64,000 bases of DNA, taken from Auanema rhodensis (lineage: Eukaryota > Animalia > Nematoda). The notes below the pieces were generated by a model. That model saw only the letters and a program-made list of their open reading frames with translations, was not told the origin of the DNA and made no database searches. Numbering within the stretch: the first letter of the stretch is position 1; every line of letters begins with the position of its first letter. Positions 12,301 through 27,835 of the stretch are shown here, one piece after another. The stretch is from the NCBI GenBank assembly GCA_964057225.1, contig OZ059900.1, positions 8,246,001 through 8,310,000 of the forward strand, in the 5' to 3' direction. Both the position numbers and the translations under genes were made by a program.

Positions 12301-15300
12301 TCAAACTTTTGATCTTAAGCATATTTTTTTCTTCTAAAACGACTAAATGTATGAAATACTGTCAAAGAATGTTCATATAGGTGTATTTTGCACGAATATC
12401 AAAACTGATTGAAATATGGGCCTTTTTATGCTCAAAACGCCATATATTCAACGATTTTGGGTACAAAACATGTGAAAACTGTATGTTTTGATCAGACCCT
12501 TTGAGATATGGATTTGAAATTCAGGATTCATAAACTTTAACTATTTTTACATATATATGTTCAATTTTAACCACTTTGGTCAAAAAGGACCGAAAATATC
12601 GAGAATTATTGGTTTTTTGGGGATTGAAGGGCATTTTGGCAAAATCAGTCAAACTTTTGATCTTAAGCATATTTTTTTCTTCTAAAACGACTAAATGTAT
12701 AGAATACTGTCATAGAATGTTGATAGAGGTGTATTTTGCACGAATATCGAAACTGATTGAAATATGGGCCTTTTTATGCTCAAAACGCCATATATTCAAC
12801 GATTTTGGGTACAAAACATGTGAAAACTGTATGTTTTGATCAGACCCTTTGAGATATGGATTTGAAATTCAGGATTCATAAACTTCGACTATTTTTATAT
12901 ATATATGTCCAATTTTAACCACTTTGGTCAAAAAGGACCGAAAATATCAAGAATTATTGGTTTTTTGGGGATTGAAGGGCATTTTGGCAAAATCAGTCAA
13001 ACTTTTGATCTTAAGCATATTTTTTTCTTCTAAAACGACTAAATGTATGGAATACTGTCATAGAATGTTCATATAGGTGTATTTTGCACGAATATCAAAA
13101 CTGATTGAAATATGGGCCTTTTTATGCTCAAAACGCCATATATTCAACGATTTTGGGTATAAAACATGTGAAAACTGTATGTTTTGATCAGACCCTTTGA
13201 GATATGGATTTGAAATTCAGGATTCATAAACTTTGACTATTTTCACATATATATGTTCAATTTTAACCACTTTGGTCAAAAAGGACCAAAAATTTCAAGA
13301 ATTATTGGTTTTTTGGGGTTTGAAGGACATTTTGGCTAAATCAGTCAAACTTTTGATCTTAAGCATATTTTTTTCTTCTAAAACGACTAAATGTATGAAA
13401 TACTGTCAAAGAATGTTCATATAGGTGTATTTTGCACGAATATCAAAACTGATTGAAATATGGGCCTTTTTATGCTCAAAACGCCATATATTCAACGATT
13501 TTGGGTACAAAACATGTGAAAACTGTATGTTTTGATCAGACCCTTTGAGATATGGATTTGAAATTCAGGATTCATAAACTTTAACTATTTTTACATATAT
13601 ATGTTCAATTTTAACCACTTTGGTCAAAAAGGACCGAAAATATCAAGAATTATTGGTTTTTTGGGGATTGAAGGGCATTTTGGCAAAATCAGTCAAACTT
13701 TTGATCTTAAGCATATTTTTTTCTTCTAAAACGACTAAATGTATAGAATACTGTCATAGAATGTTGATAGAGGTGTATTTTGCACGAATATCGAAACTGA
13801 TTGAAATATGGGCCTTTTTATGCTCAAAACGCCATATATTCAACGATTTTGGGTATAAAACATGTGAAAACTGTATGTTTTGATCAGACCCTTTGAGATA
13901 TGGATTTGAAATTCAGGATTCATAAACTTTGACTATTTTTACATATATATGTCCAATTTTAACCACTTTGGTCAAAAAGGACCGAAAATATCAAGAATTA
14001 TTGGTTTTTTGGGGTTTGAAGGGCATTTTGGCTAAATCAGTCAAACTTGTGATCTTAAGCATATTTTTTTCTTCTAAAACGACTAAATGTATGGAATACT
14101 GTCATAGAATGTTCATATAAGTGTATTTTGCACGAATATCAAAACTGATTGAAATATGGGCCTTTTTATGCTCAAAACGCCATATATTCAACGATTTTGG
14201 GTACAAAACATGTGAAAACTGTATGTTTTGATCAGACCCTTTGAGATATGGATTTGAAATTCAGTATTCATAAACTTTGACTATTTTCACATATATATGT
14301 TCAATTTTAACCACTTTGGTCAAAAAGGACCAAAAATTTCAAGAATTATTGGTTTTTTGGGGTTTGAAGGACATTTTGGCTAAATCAGTCAAACTTTTGA
14401 TCTTAAGCATATTTTTTTCTTCTAAAACGACTAAATGTATGAAATACTGTCAAAGAATGTTCATATAGGTGTATTTTGCACGAATATCAAAACTGATTGA
14501 AATATGGGCCTTTTTATGCTCAAAACGCCATATATTCAACGATTTTGGGTACAAAACATGTGAAAACTGTATGTTTTGATCAGACCCTTTGAGATATGGA
14601 TTTGAAATTCAGGATTCATAAACTTTGACTATTTTTACATATATATGTTCAATTTTAACCACTTTGGTCAAAAAGGACCGAAAATATCAAGAATTATTGG
14701 TTTTTTGGGGATTGAAGGGCATTTTGGCAAAATCAGTCAAACTTTTGATCTTAAGCATATTTTTTTCTTCTAAAACGACTAAATGTATGGAATACTGTCA
14801 TAGAATGTTGATAGAGGTGTATTTTGCACGAATATCGAAACTGATTGAAATATGGGCCTTTTTATGCTCAAAACGCCATATATTCAACGATTTTGGGTAC
14901 AAAACATGTGAAAACTGTATGTTTTGATCACACCCTTTGAGATATGGATTTGAAATTCAGGATTCATAAACTTCGACTATTTTTATATATATATGTCCAA
15001 TTTTAACCACTTTGGTCAAAAAGGACCGAAAATATCAAGAATTATTGGTTTTTTGGGGTTCGAAGGACATTTTGGCAAAATCAGTCAAACTTTTGATCTT
15101 AAGCATATTTTTCTCTTCTAAAACGACTAAATGTATGGAATACTGTCATAGAATGTTGATAGAGGTGTATTTTGCACGAATATCGAAACTGATTGAAATA
15201 TGGGCCTTTTTATGCTCAAAACGCCATATATTCAACGATTTTGGGTACAAAACATGTGAAAACTGTATGTTTTGATCAGACCCTTTGAGATATGGATTTG

Positions 15301-17398
15301 AAATTCAGGATTCATAAACTTCGACTATTTTTACATATATATGTCCAATTTTAACCACTTTGGTCAAAAAGGACCGAAAATATCAAGAATTATTGGTTTT
15401 TTGGGGTTTGAAGGACATTTTGGCAAAATCAGTCAAACTTTTGATCTTAAGCATATTTTTTTCTTCTAAAACGACTAAATGTATGAAATACTGTCAAAGA
15501 ATGTTCATATAGGTGTATTTTGCACGAATATCAAAACTGATTGAAATATGGGCCTTTTTATGCTCAAAATGCCATATATTCAACGATTTTGGGTACAAAA
15601 CATGTGAAAACTGTATGTTTTGATCAGACCCTTTGAGATATGGATTTGAAATTCAGGATTCATAAACTTTGACTATTTTTACATATATATGTTCAATTTT
15701 AACCACTTTGGTCAAAAAGGACCGAAAATATCAAGAATTATTGGTTTTTTGGGGTTTGAAGGACATTTTGGCAAAATCAGTCAAACTTTTGATCTTAAGC
15801 ATATTTTTTTCTTCTAAAACGACTAAATGTATGAAATACTGTCAAAGAATGTTCATATAGGTGTATTTTGCACGAATATCAAAACTGATTGAAATATGGG
15901 CCTTTTTATGCTCAAAACGCCATATATTCAACGATTTTGGGTACAAAACATGTGAAAACTGTATGTTTTGATCAGACCCTTTGAGATATGGATTTGAAAT
16001 TCAGGATTCATAAACTTCGACTATTTCTACATATATATGTCCAATTTTAACCACTTTGGTCAAAAAGGACCGAAAATATCAAGAATTATTGGTTTTTTGG
16101 GGTTTGAAGGGCATTTTGGCAAAATCAGTCAAACTTTTGATCTTAAGCATATTTTTTTCTTCTAAAACGACTAAATGTATGAAATACTGTCAAAGAATGT
16201 TCATATAGGTGTATTTTGCACGAATATCAAAACTGATTGAAATATGGGCCTTTTTATGCTCAAAACGCCATATATTCAACGATTTTGGGTACAAAACATG
16301 TGAAAACTGTATGTTTTGATCAGACCCTTTGAGATATGGATTTGAAATTCAGGATTCATAAACTTTGACTATTTTTACATATATATGTTCAATTTTAACC
16401 ACTTTGGTCAAAAAGGACCGAAAATATCAAGAATTATTGGTTTTTTGGGGATTGAAGGGCATTTTGGCAAAATCAGTCAAACTTTTGATCTTAAGCATAT
16501 TTTTTTCTTCTAAAACGACTAAATGTATGGAATACTGTCATAGAATGTTGATAGAGGTGTATTTTGCACGAATATCGAAACTGATTGAAATATGGGCCTT
16601 TTTATGCTCAAAACGCCATATATTCAACGATTTTGGGTACAACACATGTGAAAACTGTATGTTTTGATCAGACCCTTTGAGATATGGATTTGAAATTCAG
16701 GATTCATACACTTTGACTATTTTTACATATATATGTCCAATTTTAACCACTTTGGTCAAAAAGGACCGAAAATATCAAGAATTATTGGTTTTTTGGGGTT
16801 TGAAGGACATTTTGGCAAAATCAGTCAAACTTTTGATCTTAAGCATATTTTTTTCTTCTAAAACGACTAAATGTATGAAATACTGTCAAAGAATGTTCAT
16901 ATAGGTGTATTTTGCACGAATATCAAAACTGATTGAAATATGGGCCTTTTTATGCTCAAAACGCCATATATTCAACGATTTTGGGTACAAAACATGTGAA
17001 AACTGTATGTTTTGATCAGACCCTTGAGATATGGATTTGAAATTCAGGATTCATAAACTTCGACTATTTCTACATATATATGTCCAATTTTAACCACTTT
17101 GGTCAAAAAGGACCGAAAATATCAAGAATTATTGGTTTTTTGGGGATTGAAGGGCATTTTGGCAAAATCAGTCAAACTTTTGATCTTAAGCATATTTTTT
17201 TCTTCTAAAACGACTAAATGTATGGAATACTGTCATAGAATGTTGATATAGGTGTATTTTGCACGAATATCGAAACTGATTGAAATATGGGCCTTTTTAT
17301 GCTCAAAACGCCATATATTCAACGATTTTGGGTACAAAACATGTGAAAACTGTATGTTTTGATCAGACCCTTTGAGATATGGATTTGAAATTCAGGAT
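5917..17398 (+). repeat. Tandem duplication of a 17-monomer block (copy 1 5917-11831; copy 2 11832-17398 has 16 monomers)
   Basis: Marker monomers match at offset 5915 (=17x348-1): ORFs 6274/12189, 8014/13929 (CTTGTGATC) and 9097/15012 (GGTTCGAAG). The offset then becomes 5567 (=16x348-1): 10798/16365 and 11110/16677. Confidence 0.93.
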
Positions 17399-20300
17399 TC
17401 ATAAACTTTGACTATTTTTACATATATATGTTCAATTTTAACCACTTTGGTCAAAAAGGACCGAAAATATCAAGAATTATTGGTTTTTTGGGGTTTGAAG
17501 GGCATTTTGGCAAAATCAGTCAAACTTTTGATCTTAAGCATATTTTTTTCTTCTAAAACAACTAAATGTATGAAATACTGTCATAGAATGTTCATATAGG
17601 TGTATTTTGCACGAATATCAAAACTGATTGAAATATGGGCCTTTTTATGCTCAAAACGCCATATATTCAACGATTTTGGGTACAAAACATGTGAAAACTG
17701 TATGTTTTGATCAGACCCTTTGAGATATGGATTTGAAATTCAGGATTCATAAACTTTGACTATTTTTACATATATATGTCCAATTTTAACCACTTTGGTC
17801 AAAAAGGACCGAAAATATCAAGAATTATTGGTTTTTTGGGGTTTGAAGGGCATTTTGGCTAAATCAGTCAAACTTTTGATCTTAAGCATATTTTTTTCTT
17901 CTAAAACGACTAAATGTATGGAATACTGTCATAGAATGTTCATATAAGTGTATTTTGCACGAATATCAAAACTGATTGAAATATGGGCCTTTTTATGCTC
18001 AAAACGCCATATATTCAACGATTTTGGGTACAAAACATGTGAAAACTGTATGTTTTGATCAGACCCTTTGAGATATGGATTTGAAATTCAGGATTCATAA
18101 ACTTTGACTATTTTCACATATATATGTTCAATTTTAACCACTTTGGTCAAAAAGGACCGAAAATATCAAGAATTATTGGTTTTTTGGGGTTTGAAGGACA
18201 TTTTGGCTAAATCAGTCAAACTTTTGATCTTAAGCATATTTTTTTCTTCTAAAACGACTAAATGTATGAAATACTGTCAAAGAATGTTCATATAGGTGTA
18301 TTTTGCACGAATATCAAAACTGATTGAAATATGGGCCTTTTTATGCTCAAAACGCCATATATTCAACGATTTTGGGTACAAAACATGTGAAAACTGTATG
18401 TTTTGATCAGACCCTTTGAGATATGGATTTGAAATTCAGGATTCATAAACTTTGACTATTTTTACATATATATGTTCAATTTTAACCACTTTGGTCAAAA
18501 AGGACCGAAAATATCAAGAATTATTGGTTTTTTGGGGATTGAAGGGCATTTTGGCAAAATCAGTCAAACTTTTGATCTTAAGCATATTTTTTTCTTCTAA
18601 AACGACTAAATGTATGGAATACTGTCATAGAATGTTGATAGAGGTGTATTTTGCACGAATATCGAAACTGATTGAAATATGGGCCTTTTTATGCTCAAAA
18701 CGCCATATATTCAACGATTTTGGGTACAAAACATGTGAAAACTGTATGTTTTGATCAGACCCTTTGAGATATGGATTTGAAATTCAGGATTCATAAACTT
18801 CGACTATTTTTACATATATATGTCCAATTTTAACCACTTTGGTCAAAAAGGACCGAAAATATCAAGAATTATTGGTTTTTTGGGGTTTGAAGGGCATTTT
18901 GGCAAAATCAGTCAAACTTTTGATCTTAAGCATATTTTTTTCTTCTAAAACGACTAAATGTATGGAATACTGTCATAGAATGTTGATAGAGGTGTATTTT
19001 GCACGAATATCGAAACTGATTGAAATATGGGCCTTTTTATGCTCAAAACGCCATATATTCAACGATTTTGGGTACAAAACATGTGAAAACTGTATGTTTT
19101 GATCAGACCCTTTGAGATATGGATTTGAAATTCAGGATTCATAAACTTCGACTATTTTTACATATATATGTCCAATTTTAACCACTTTGGTCAAAAAGGA
19201 CCGAAAATATCAAGAATTATTGGTTTTTTGGGGTTTGAAGGGCATTTTGGCAAAATCAGTCAAACTTTTGATCTTAAGCATATTTTTTTCTTCTAAAACG
19301 ACTAAATGTATGAAATACTGTCAAAGAATGTTCATATAGGTGTATTTTGCACGAATATCAAAACTGATTGAAATATGGGCCTTTTTATGCTCAAAACGCC
19401 ATATATTCAACGATTTTGGGTACAAAACATGTGAAAACTGTATGTTTTGATCAGACCCTTTGAGATATGGATTTGAAATTCAGGATTCATAAACTTTGAC
19501 TATTTTTACATATATATGTTCAATTTTAACCACTTTGGTCAAAAAGGACCGAAAATATCAAGAATTATTGGTTTTTTGGGGTTTGAAGGGCATTTTGGCA
19601 AAATCAGTCAAACTTTTGATCTTAAGCATATTTTTTTCTTCTAAAACGACTAAATGTATGGAATACTGTCATAGAATGTTGATAGAGGTGTATTTTGCAC
19701 GAATATCGAAACTGATTGAAATATGGGCCTTTTTATGCTCAAAACGCCATATATTCAACGATTTTGGGTACAAAACATGTGAAAACTGTATGTTTTGATC
19801 AGACCCTTTGAGATATGGATTTGAAATTCAGGATTCATAAACTTCGACTATTTTTACATATATATGTCCAATTTTAACCACTTTGGTCAAAAAGGACCGA
19901 AAATATCAAGAATTATTGGTTTTTTGGGGTTTGAAGGGCATTTTGGCAAAATCAGTCAAACTTTTGATCTTAAGCATATTTTTTTCTTCTAAAACGACTA
20001 AATGTATGAAATACTGTCAAAGAATGTTCATATAGGTGTATTTTGCACGAATATCAAAACTGATTGAAATATGGGCCTTTTTATGCTCAAAACGCCATAT
20101 ATTCAACGATTTTGGGTACAAAACATGTGAAAACTGTATGTTTTGATCAGACCCTTTGAGATATGGATTTGAAATTCAGGATTCATAAACTTTGACTATT
20201 TTTACATATATATGTTCAATTTTAACCACTTTGGTCAAAAAGGACCGAAAATATCAAGAATTATTGGTTTTTTGGGGTTTGAAGGGCATTTTGGCAAAAT

Positions 20301-23300
20301 CAGTCAAACTTTTGATCTTAAGCATATTTTTTTCTTCTAAAACGACTAAATGTATGGAATACTGTCATAGAATGTTGATAGAGGTGTATTTTGCACGAAT
20401 ATCGAAACTGATTGAAATATGGGCCTTTTTATGCTCAAAACGCCATATATTCAACGATTTTGGGTACAAAACATGTGAAAACTGTATGTTTTGATCAGAC
20501 CCTTTGAGATATGGATTTGAAATTCAGGATTCATAAACTTCGACTATTTTTACATATATATGTCCAATTTTAACCACTTTGGTCAAAAAGGACCGAAAAT
20601 ATCAAGAATTATTGGTTTTTTGGGGTTTGAAGGGCATTTTGGCAAAATCAGTCAAACTTTTGATCTTAAGCATATTTTTTTCTTCTAAAACGACTAAATG
20701 TATGAAATACTGTCAAAGAATGTTCATATAGGTGTATTTTGCACGAATATCAAAACTGATTGAAATATGGGCCTTTTTATGCTCAAAACGCCATATATTC
20801 AACGATTTTGGGTACAAAACATGTGAAAACTGTATGTTTTGATCAGACCCTTTGAGATATGGATTTGAAATTCAGGATTCATAAACTTTGACTATTTTTA
20901 CATATATATGTTCAATTTTAACCACTTTGGTCAAAAAGGACCGAAAATATCAAGAATTATTGGTTTTTTGGGGATTGAAGGGCATTTTGGCAAAATCAGT
21001 CAAACTTTTGATCTTAAGCATATTTTTTTCTTCTAAAACGACTAAATGTATGAAATACTGTCAAAGAATGTTCATATAGGTGTATTTTGCACGAATATCA
21101 AAACTGATTGAAATATGGGCCTTTTTATGCTCAAAACGCCATATATTCAACGATTTTGGGTACAAAACATGTGAAAACTGTATGTTTTGATCAGACCCTT
21201 GAGATATGGATTTGAAATTCAGGATTCATAAACTTCGACTATTTCTACATATATATGTCCAATTTTAACCACTTTGGTCAAAAAGGACCGAAAATATCAA
21301 GAATTATTGGTTTTTTGGGGTTTGAAGGGCATTTTGGCAAAATCAGTCAAACTTTTGATCTTAAGCATATTTTTTTCTTCTAAAACGACTAAATGTATGA
21401 AATACTGTCAAAGAATGTTCATATAGGTGTATTTTGCACGAATATCAAAACTGATTGAAATATGGGCCTTTTTATGCTCAAAACGCCATATATTCAACGA
21501 TTTTGGGTACAAAACATGTGAAAACTGTATGTTTTGATCAGACCCTTTGAGATATGGATTTGAAATTCAGGATTCATGAACTTTGACTATTTTTACATAT
21601 GTATGTTCAATTTTAACTACTTTGGTCAAAAAGGACCGAAAATATCAAGAATTATTGGTTTTTTGGGGTTTGAAGGGCATTTTGGCAAAATCAGTCAAAC
21701 TTTTGATCTTAAGCATATTTTTTTCTTCTAAAACGACTAAATGTATGAAATACTGTCAAAGAATGTTCATATAGGTGTATTTTGCACGAATATCAAAACT
21801 GATTGAAATATGGGCCTTTTTATGCTCAAAACGCCATATATTCAACGATTTTGGGTACAAAACATGTGAAAACTGTATGTTTTGATCAGACCCTTTGAGA
21901 TATGGATTTGAAATTCAGGATTCATAAACTTTGCCTATTTTTACATATATATGTTCAATTTTAACCACTTTGGTCAAAAAGGACCGAAAATATCAAGAAT
22001 TATTGGTTTTTTGGGGATTGAAGGGCATTTTGGCAAAATCAGTCAAACTTTTGATCTTAAGCATATTTTTTTCTTCTAAAACGACTAAATGTATGGAATA
22101 CTGTCATAGAATGTTGATAGAGGTGTATTTTGCACGAATATCGAAACTGATTGAAATATGGGCCTTTTTATGCTCAAAACGCCATATATTCAACGATTTT
22201 GGGTACAACACATGTGAAAACTGTATGTTTTGATCAGACCCTTTGAGATATGGATTTGAAATTCAGGATTCATACACTTTGACTATTTTTACATATATAT
22301 GTCCAATTTTAACCACTTTGGTCAAAAAGGACCGAAAATATCAAGAATTATTGGTTTTTTGGGGTTTGAAGGACATTTTGGCAAAATCAGTCAAACTTTT
22401 GATCTTAAGCATATTTTTTTCTTCTAAAACGACTAAATGTATGAAATACTGTCAAAGAATGTTCATATAGGTGTATTTTGCACGAATATCAAAACTGATT
22501 GAAATATGGGCCTTTTTATGCTCAAAACGCCATATATTCAACGATTTTGGGTACAAAACATGTGAAAACTGTATGTTTTGATCAGACCCTTGAGATATGG
22601 ATTTGAAATTCAGGATTCATAAACTTCGACTATTTCTACATATATATGTCCAATTTTAACCACTTTGGTCAAAAAGGACCGAAAATATCAAGAATTATTG
22701 GTTTTTTGGGGATTGAAGGGCATTTTGGCAAAATCAGTCAAACTTTTGATCTTAAGCATATTTTTTTCTTCTAAAACGACTAAATGTATGGAATACTGTC
22801 ATAGAATGTTGATATAGGTGTATTTTGCACGAATATCGAAACTGATTGAAATATGGGCCTTTTTATGCTCAAAACGCCATATATTCAACGATTTTGGGTA
22901 CAAAACATGTGAAAACTGTATGTTTTGATCAGACCCTTTGAGATATGGATTTGAAATTCAGGATTCATAAACTTTGACTATTTTTACATATATATGTTCA
23001 ATTTTAACCACTTTGGTCAAAAAGGACCGAAAATATCAAGAATTATTGGTTTTTTGGGGTTTGAAGGGCATTTTGGCAAAATCAGTCAAACTTTTGATCT
23101 TAAGCATATTTTTTTCTTCTAAAACAACTAAATGTATGAAATACTGTCATAGAATGTTCATATAGGTGTATTTTGCACGAATATCAAAACTGATTGAAAT
23201 ATGGGCCTTTTTATGCTCAAAACGCCATATATTCAACGATTTTGGGTACAAAACATGTGAAAACTGTATGTTTTGATCAGACCCTTTGAGATATGGATTT

Positions 23301-26300
23301 GAAATTCAGGATTCATAAACTTTGACTATTTTTACATATATATGTCCAATTTTAACCACTTTGGTCAAAAAGGACCGAAAATATCAAGAATTATTGGTTT
23401 TTTGGGGTTTGAAGGGCATTTTGGCTAAATCAGTCAAACTTTTGATCTTAAGCATATTTTTTTCTTCTAAAACGACTAAATGTATGGAATACTGTCATAG
23501 AATGTTCATATAAGTGTATTTTGCACGAATATCAAAACTGATTGAAATATGGGCCTTTTTATGCTCAAAACGCCATATATTCAACGATTTTGGGTACAAA
23601 ACATGTGAAAACTGTATGTTTTGATCAGACCCTTTGAGATATGGATTTGAAATTCAGGATTCATAAACTTTGACTATTTTCACATATATATGTTCAATTT
23701 TAACCACTTTGGTCAAAAAGGACCGAAAATATCAAGAATTATTGGTTTTTTGGGGTTTGAAGGACATTTTGGCTAAATCAGTCAAACTTTTGATCTTAAG
23801 CATATTTTTTTCTTCTAAAACGACTAAATGTATGAAATACTGTCAAAGAATGTTCATATAGGTGTATTTTGCACGAATATCAAAACTGATTGAAATATGG
23901 GCCTTTTTATGCTCAAAACGCCATATATTCAACGATTTTGGGTACAAAACATGTGAAAACTGTATGTTTTGATCAGACCCTTTGAGATATGGATTTGAAA
24001 TTCAGGATTCATAAACTTTGACTATTTTTACATATATATGTTCAATTTTAACCACTTTGGTCAAAAAGGACCGAAAATATCAAGAATTATTGGTTTTTTG
24101 GGGATTGAAGGGCATTTTGGCAAAATCAGTCAAACTTTTGATCTTAAGCATATTTTTTTCTTCTAAAACGACTAAATGTATGGAATACTGTCATAGAATG
24201 TTGATAGAGGTGTATTTTGCACGAATATCGAAACTGATTGAAATATGGGCCTTTTTATGCTCAAAACGCCATATATTCAACGATTTTGGGTACAAAACAT
24301 GTGAAAACTGTATGTTTTGATCAGACCCTTTGAGATATGGATTTGAAATTCAGGATTCATAAACTTCGACTATTTTTACATATATATGTCCAATTTTAAC
24401 CACTTTGGTCAAAAAGGACCGAAAATATCAAGAATTATTGGTTTTTTGGGGTTTGAAGGGCATTTTGGCAAAATCAGTCAAACTTTTGATCTTAAGCATA
24501 TTTTTTTCTTCTAAAACGACTAAATGTATGGAATACTGTCATAGAATGTTGATAGAGGTGTATTTTGCACGAATATCGAAACTGATTGAAATATGGGCCT
24601 TTTTATGCTCAAAACGCCATATATTCAACGATTTTGGGTACAAAACATGTGAAAACTGTATGTTTTGATCAGACCCTTTGAGATATGGATTTGAAATTCA
24701 GGATTCATAAACTTCGACTATTTTTACATATATATGTCCAATTTTAACCACTTTGGTCAAAAAGGACCGAAAATATCAAGAATTATTGGTTTTTTGGGGT
24801 TTGAAGGGCATTTTGGCAAAATCAGTCAAACTTTTGATCTTAAGCATATTTTTTTCTTCTAAAACGACTAAATGTATGAAATACTGTCAAAGAATGTTCA
24901 TATAGGTGTATTTTGCACGAATATCAAAACTGATTGAAATATGGGCCTTTTTATGCTCAAAACGCCATATATTCAACGATTTTGGGTACAAAACATGTGA
25001 AAACTGTATGTTTTGATCAGACCCTTTGAGATATGGATTTGAAATTCAGGATTCATAAACTTTGACTATTTTTACATATATATGTTCAATTTTAACCACT
25101 TTGGTCAAAAAGGACCGAAAATATCAAGAATTATTGGTTTTTTGGGGTTTGAAGGGCATTTTGGCAAAATCAGTCAAACTTTTGATCTTAAGCATATTTT
25201 TTTCTTCTAAAACGACTAAATGTATGGAATACTGTCATAGAATGTTGATAGAGGTGTATTTTGCACGAATATCGAAACTGATTGAAATATGGGCCTTTTT
25301 ATGCTCAAAACGCCATATATTCAACGATTTTGGGTACAAAACATGTGAAAACTGTATGTTTTGATCAGACCCTTTGAGATATGGATTTGAAATTCAGGAT
25401 TCATAAACTTCGACTATTTTTACATATATATGTCCAATTTTAACCACTTTGGTCAAAAAGGACCGAAAATATCAAGAATTATTGGTTTTTTGGGGTTTGA
25501 AGGGCATTTTGGCAAAATCAGTCAAACTTTTGATCTTAAGCATATTTTTTTCTTCTAAAACGACTAAATGTATGAAATACTGTCAAAGAATGTTCATATA
25601 GGTGTATTTTGCACGAATATCAAAACTGATTGAAATATGGGCCTTTTTATGCTCAAAACGCCATATATTCAACGATTTTGGGTACAAAACATGTGAAAAC
25701 TGTATGTTTTGATCAGACCCTTTGAGATATGGATTTGAAATTCAGGATTCATAAACTTTGACTATTTTTACATATATATGTTCAATTTTAACCACTTTGG
25801 TCAAAAAGGACCGAAAATATCAAGAATTATTGGTTTTTTGGGGATTGAAGGGCATTTTGGCAAAATCAGTCAAACTTTTGATCTTAAGCATATTTTTTTC
25901 TTCTAAAACGACTAAATGTATGAAATACTGTCAAAGAATGTTCATATAGGTGTATTTTGCACGAATATCAAAACTGATTGAAATATGGGCCTTTTTATGC
26001 TCAAAACGCCATATATTCAACGATTTTGGGTACAAAACATGTGAAAACTGTATGTTTTGATCAGACCCTTGAGATATGGATTTGAAATTCAGGATTCATA
26101 AACTTCGACTATTTCTACATATATATGTCCAATTTTAACCACTTTGGTCAAAAAGGACCGAAAATATCAAGAATTATTGGTTTTTTGGGGTTTGAAGGGC
26201 ATTTTGGCAAAATCAGTCAAACTTTTGATCTTAAGCATATTTTTTTCTTCTAAAACGACTAAATGTATGAAATACTGTCAAAGAATGTTCATATAGGTGT

Positions 26301-26540
26301 ATTTTGCACGAATATCAAAACTGATTGAAATATGGGCCTTTTTATGCTCAAAACGCCATATATTCAACGATTTTGGGTACAAAACATGTGAAAACTGTAT
26401 GTTTTGATCAGACCCTTTGAGATATGGATTTGAAATTCAGGATTCATGAACTTTGACTATTTTTACATATGTATGTTCAATTTTAACTACTTTGGTCAAA
26501 AAGGACCGAAAATATCAAGAATTATTGGTTTTTTGGGGAT
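16356..26540 (+). repeat. Tandem duplication of a 16-monomer block (copy 1 16356-21921; copy 2 from 21922 is two monomers shorter)
   Basis: The offset is 5566 for ORFs 16365/21931, 16677/22243, 17408/22974 and 18839/24405. It is 4870 (=14x348-2) for 20888/25758 and 21583/26453, which share CATGAAC...GTATG...AACTACT. Confidence 0.9.
19139..20878 (+). repeat. Dimer (696 bp) alternation B-A-B-A-B
   Basis: M56, M58 and M60 (TTCGAC, TCCA, TGAAA, TCAAAG) alternate with M57 and M59 (TTTGAC, TTCA, TGGAA, TTGATAGAG). The 100-aa ORFs at 19496 and 20192 are 696 bp apart. Confidence 0.85.
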
Positions 26541-27835
26541 TGAAGGGCATTTTGGCAAAATCAGTCAAACTTTTGATCATAAGCATATTTTTTTCTTCTA
26601 AAACGACTAAATGTATGGAATACTGTCATAGAATGTTGATATAGGTGTATTTTGCACGAATATCGAAACTGATTGAAATATGGGCCTTTTTATGCTCAAA
26701 ACGCCATATATTCAACGATTTTGGGTACAAAACATGTGAAAACTGTATGTTTTGATCAGACCCTTTGAGATATGGATTTGAAATTCAGGATTCATAAACT
26801 TTGACTATTTTTACATATATATGTTCAATTTTAACCACTTTGGTCAAAAAGGACCGAAAATATCAAGAATTATTGGTTTTTTGGGGTTTGAAGGGCATTT
26901 TGGCAAAATCAGTCAAACTTTTGATCTTAAGCATATTTTTTTCTTCTAAAACAACTAAATGTATGAAATACTGTCATAGAATGTTCATATAGGTGTATTT
27001 TGCACGAATATCAAAACTGATTGAAATATGGGCCTTTTTATGCTCAAAACGCCATATATTCAACGATTTTGGGTACAAAACATGTGAAAACTGTATGTTT
27101 TGATCAGACCCTTTGAGATATGGATTTGAAATTCAGGATTCATAAACTTTGACTATTTTTACATATATATGTCCAATTTTAACCACTTTGGTCAAAAAGG
27201 ACCGAAAATATCAAGAATTATTGGTTTTTTGGGGTTTGAAGGGCATTTTGGCTAAATCAGTCAAACTTTTGATCTTAAGCATATTTTTTTCTTCTAAAAC
27301 GACTAAATGTATGGATTACTGTCATAGAATGTTCATATAAGTGTATTTTGCACGAATATCAAAACTGATTGAAATATGGGCCTTTTTATGCTCAAAACGC
27401 CATATATTCAACGATTTTGGGTACAAAACATGTGAAAACTGTATGTTTTGATCAGACCCTTTGAGATATGGATTTGAAATTCAGGATTCATAAACTTTGA
27501 CTATTTTCACATATATATGTTCAATTTTAACCACTTTGGTCAAAAAGGACCGAAAATATCAAGAATTATTGGTTTTTTGGGGTTTGAAGGACATTTTGGC
27601 TAAATCAGTCAAACTTTTGATCTTAAGCATATTTTTTTCTTCTAAAACGACTAAATGTATGAAATACTGTCAAAGAATGTTCATATAGGTGTATTTTGCA
27701 CGAATATCAAAACTGATTGAAATATGGGCCTTTTTATGCTCAAAACGCCATATATTCAACGATTTTGGGTACAAAACATGTGAAAACTGTATGTTTTGAT
27801 CAGACCCTTTGAGATATGGATTTGAAATTCAGGAT

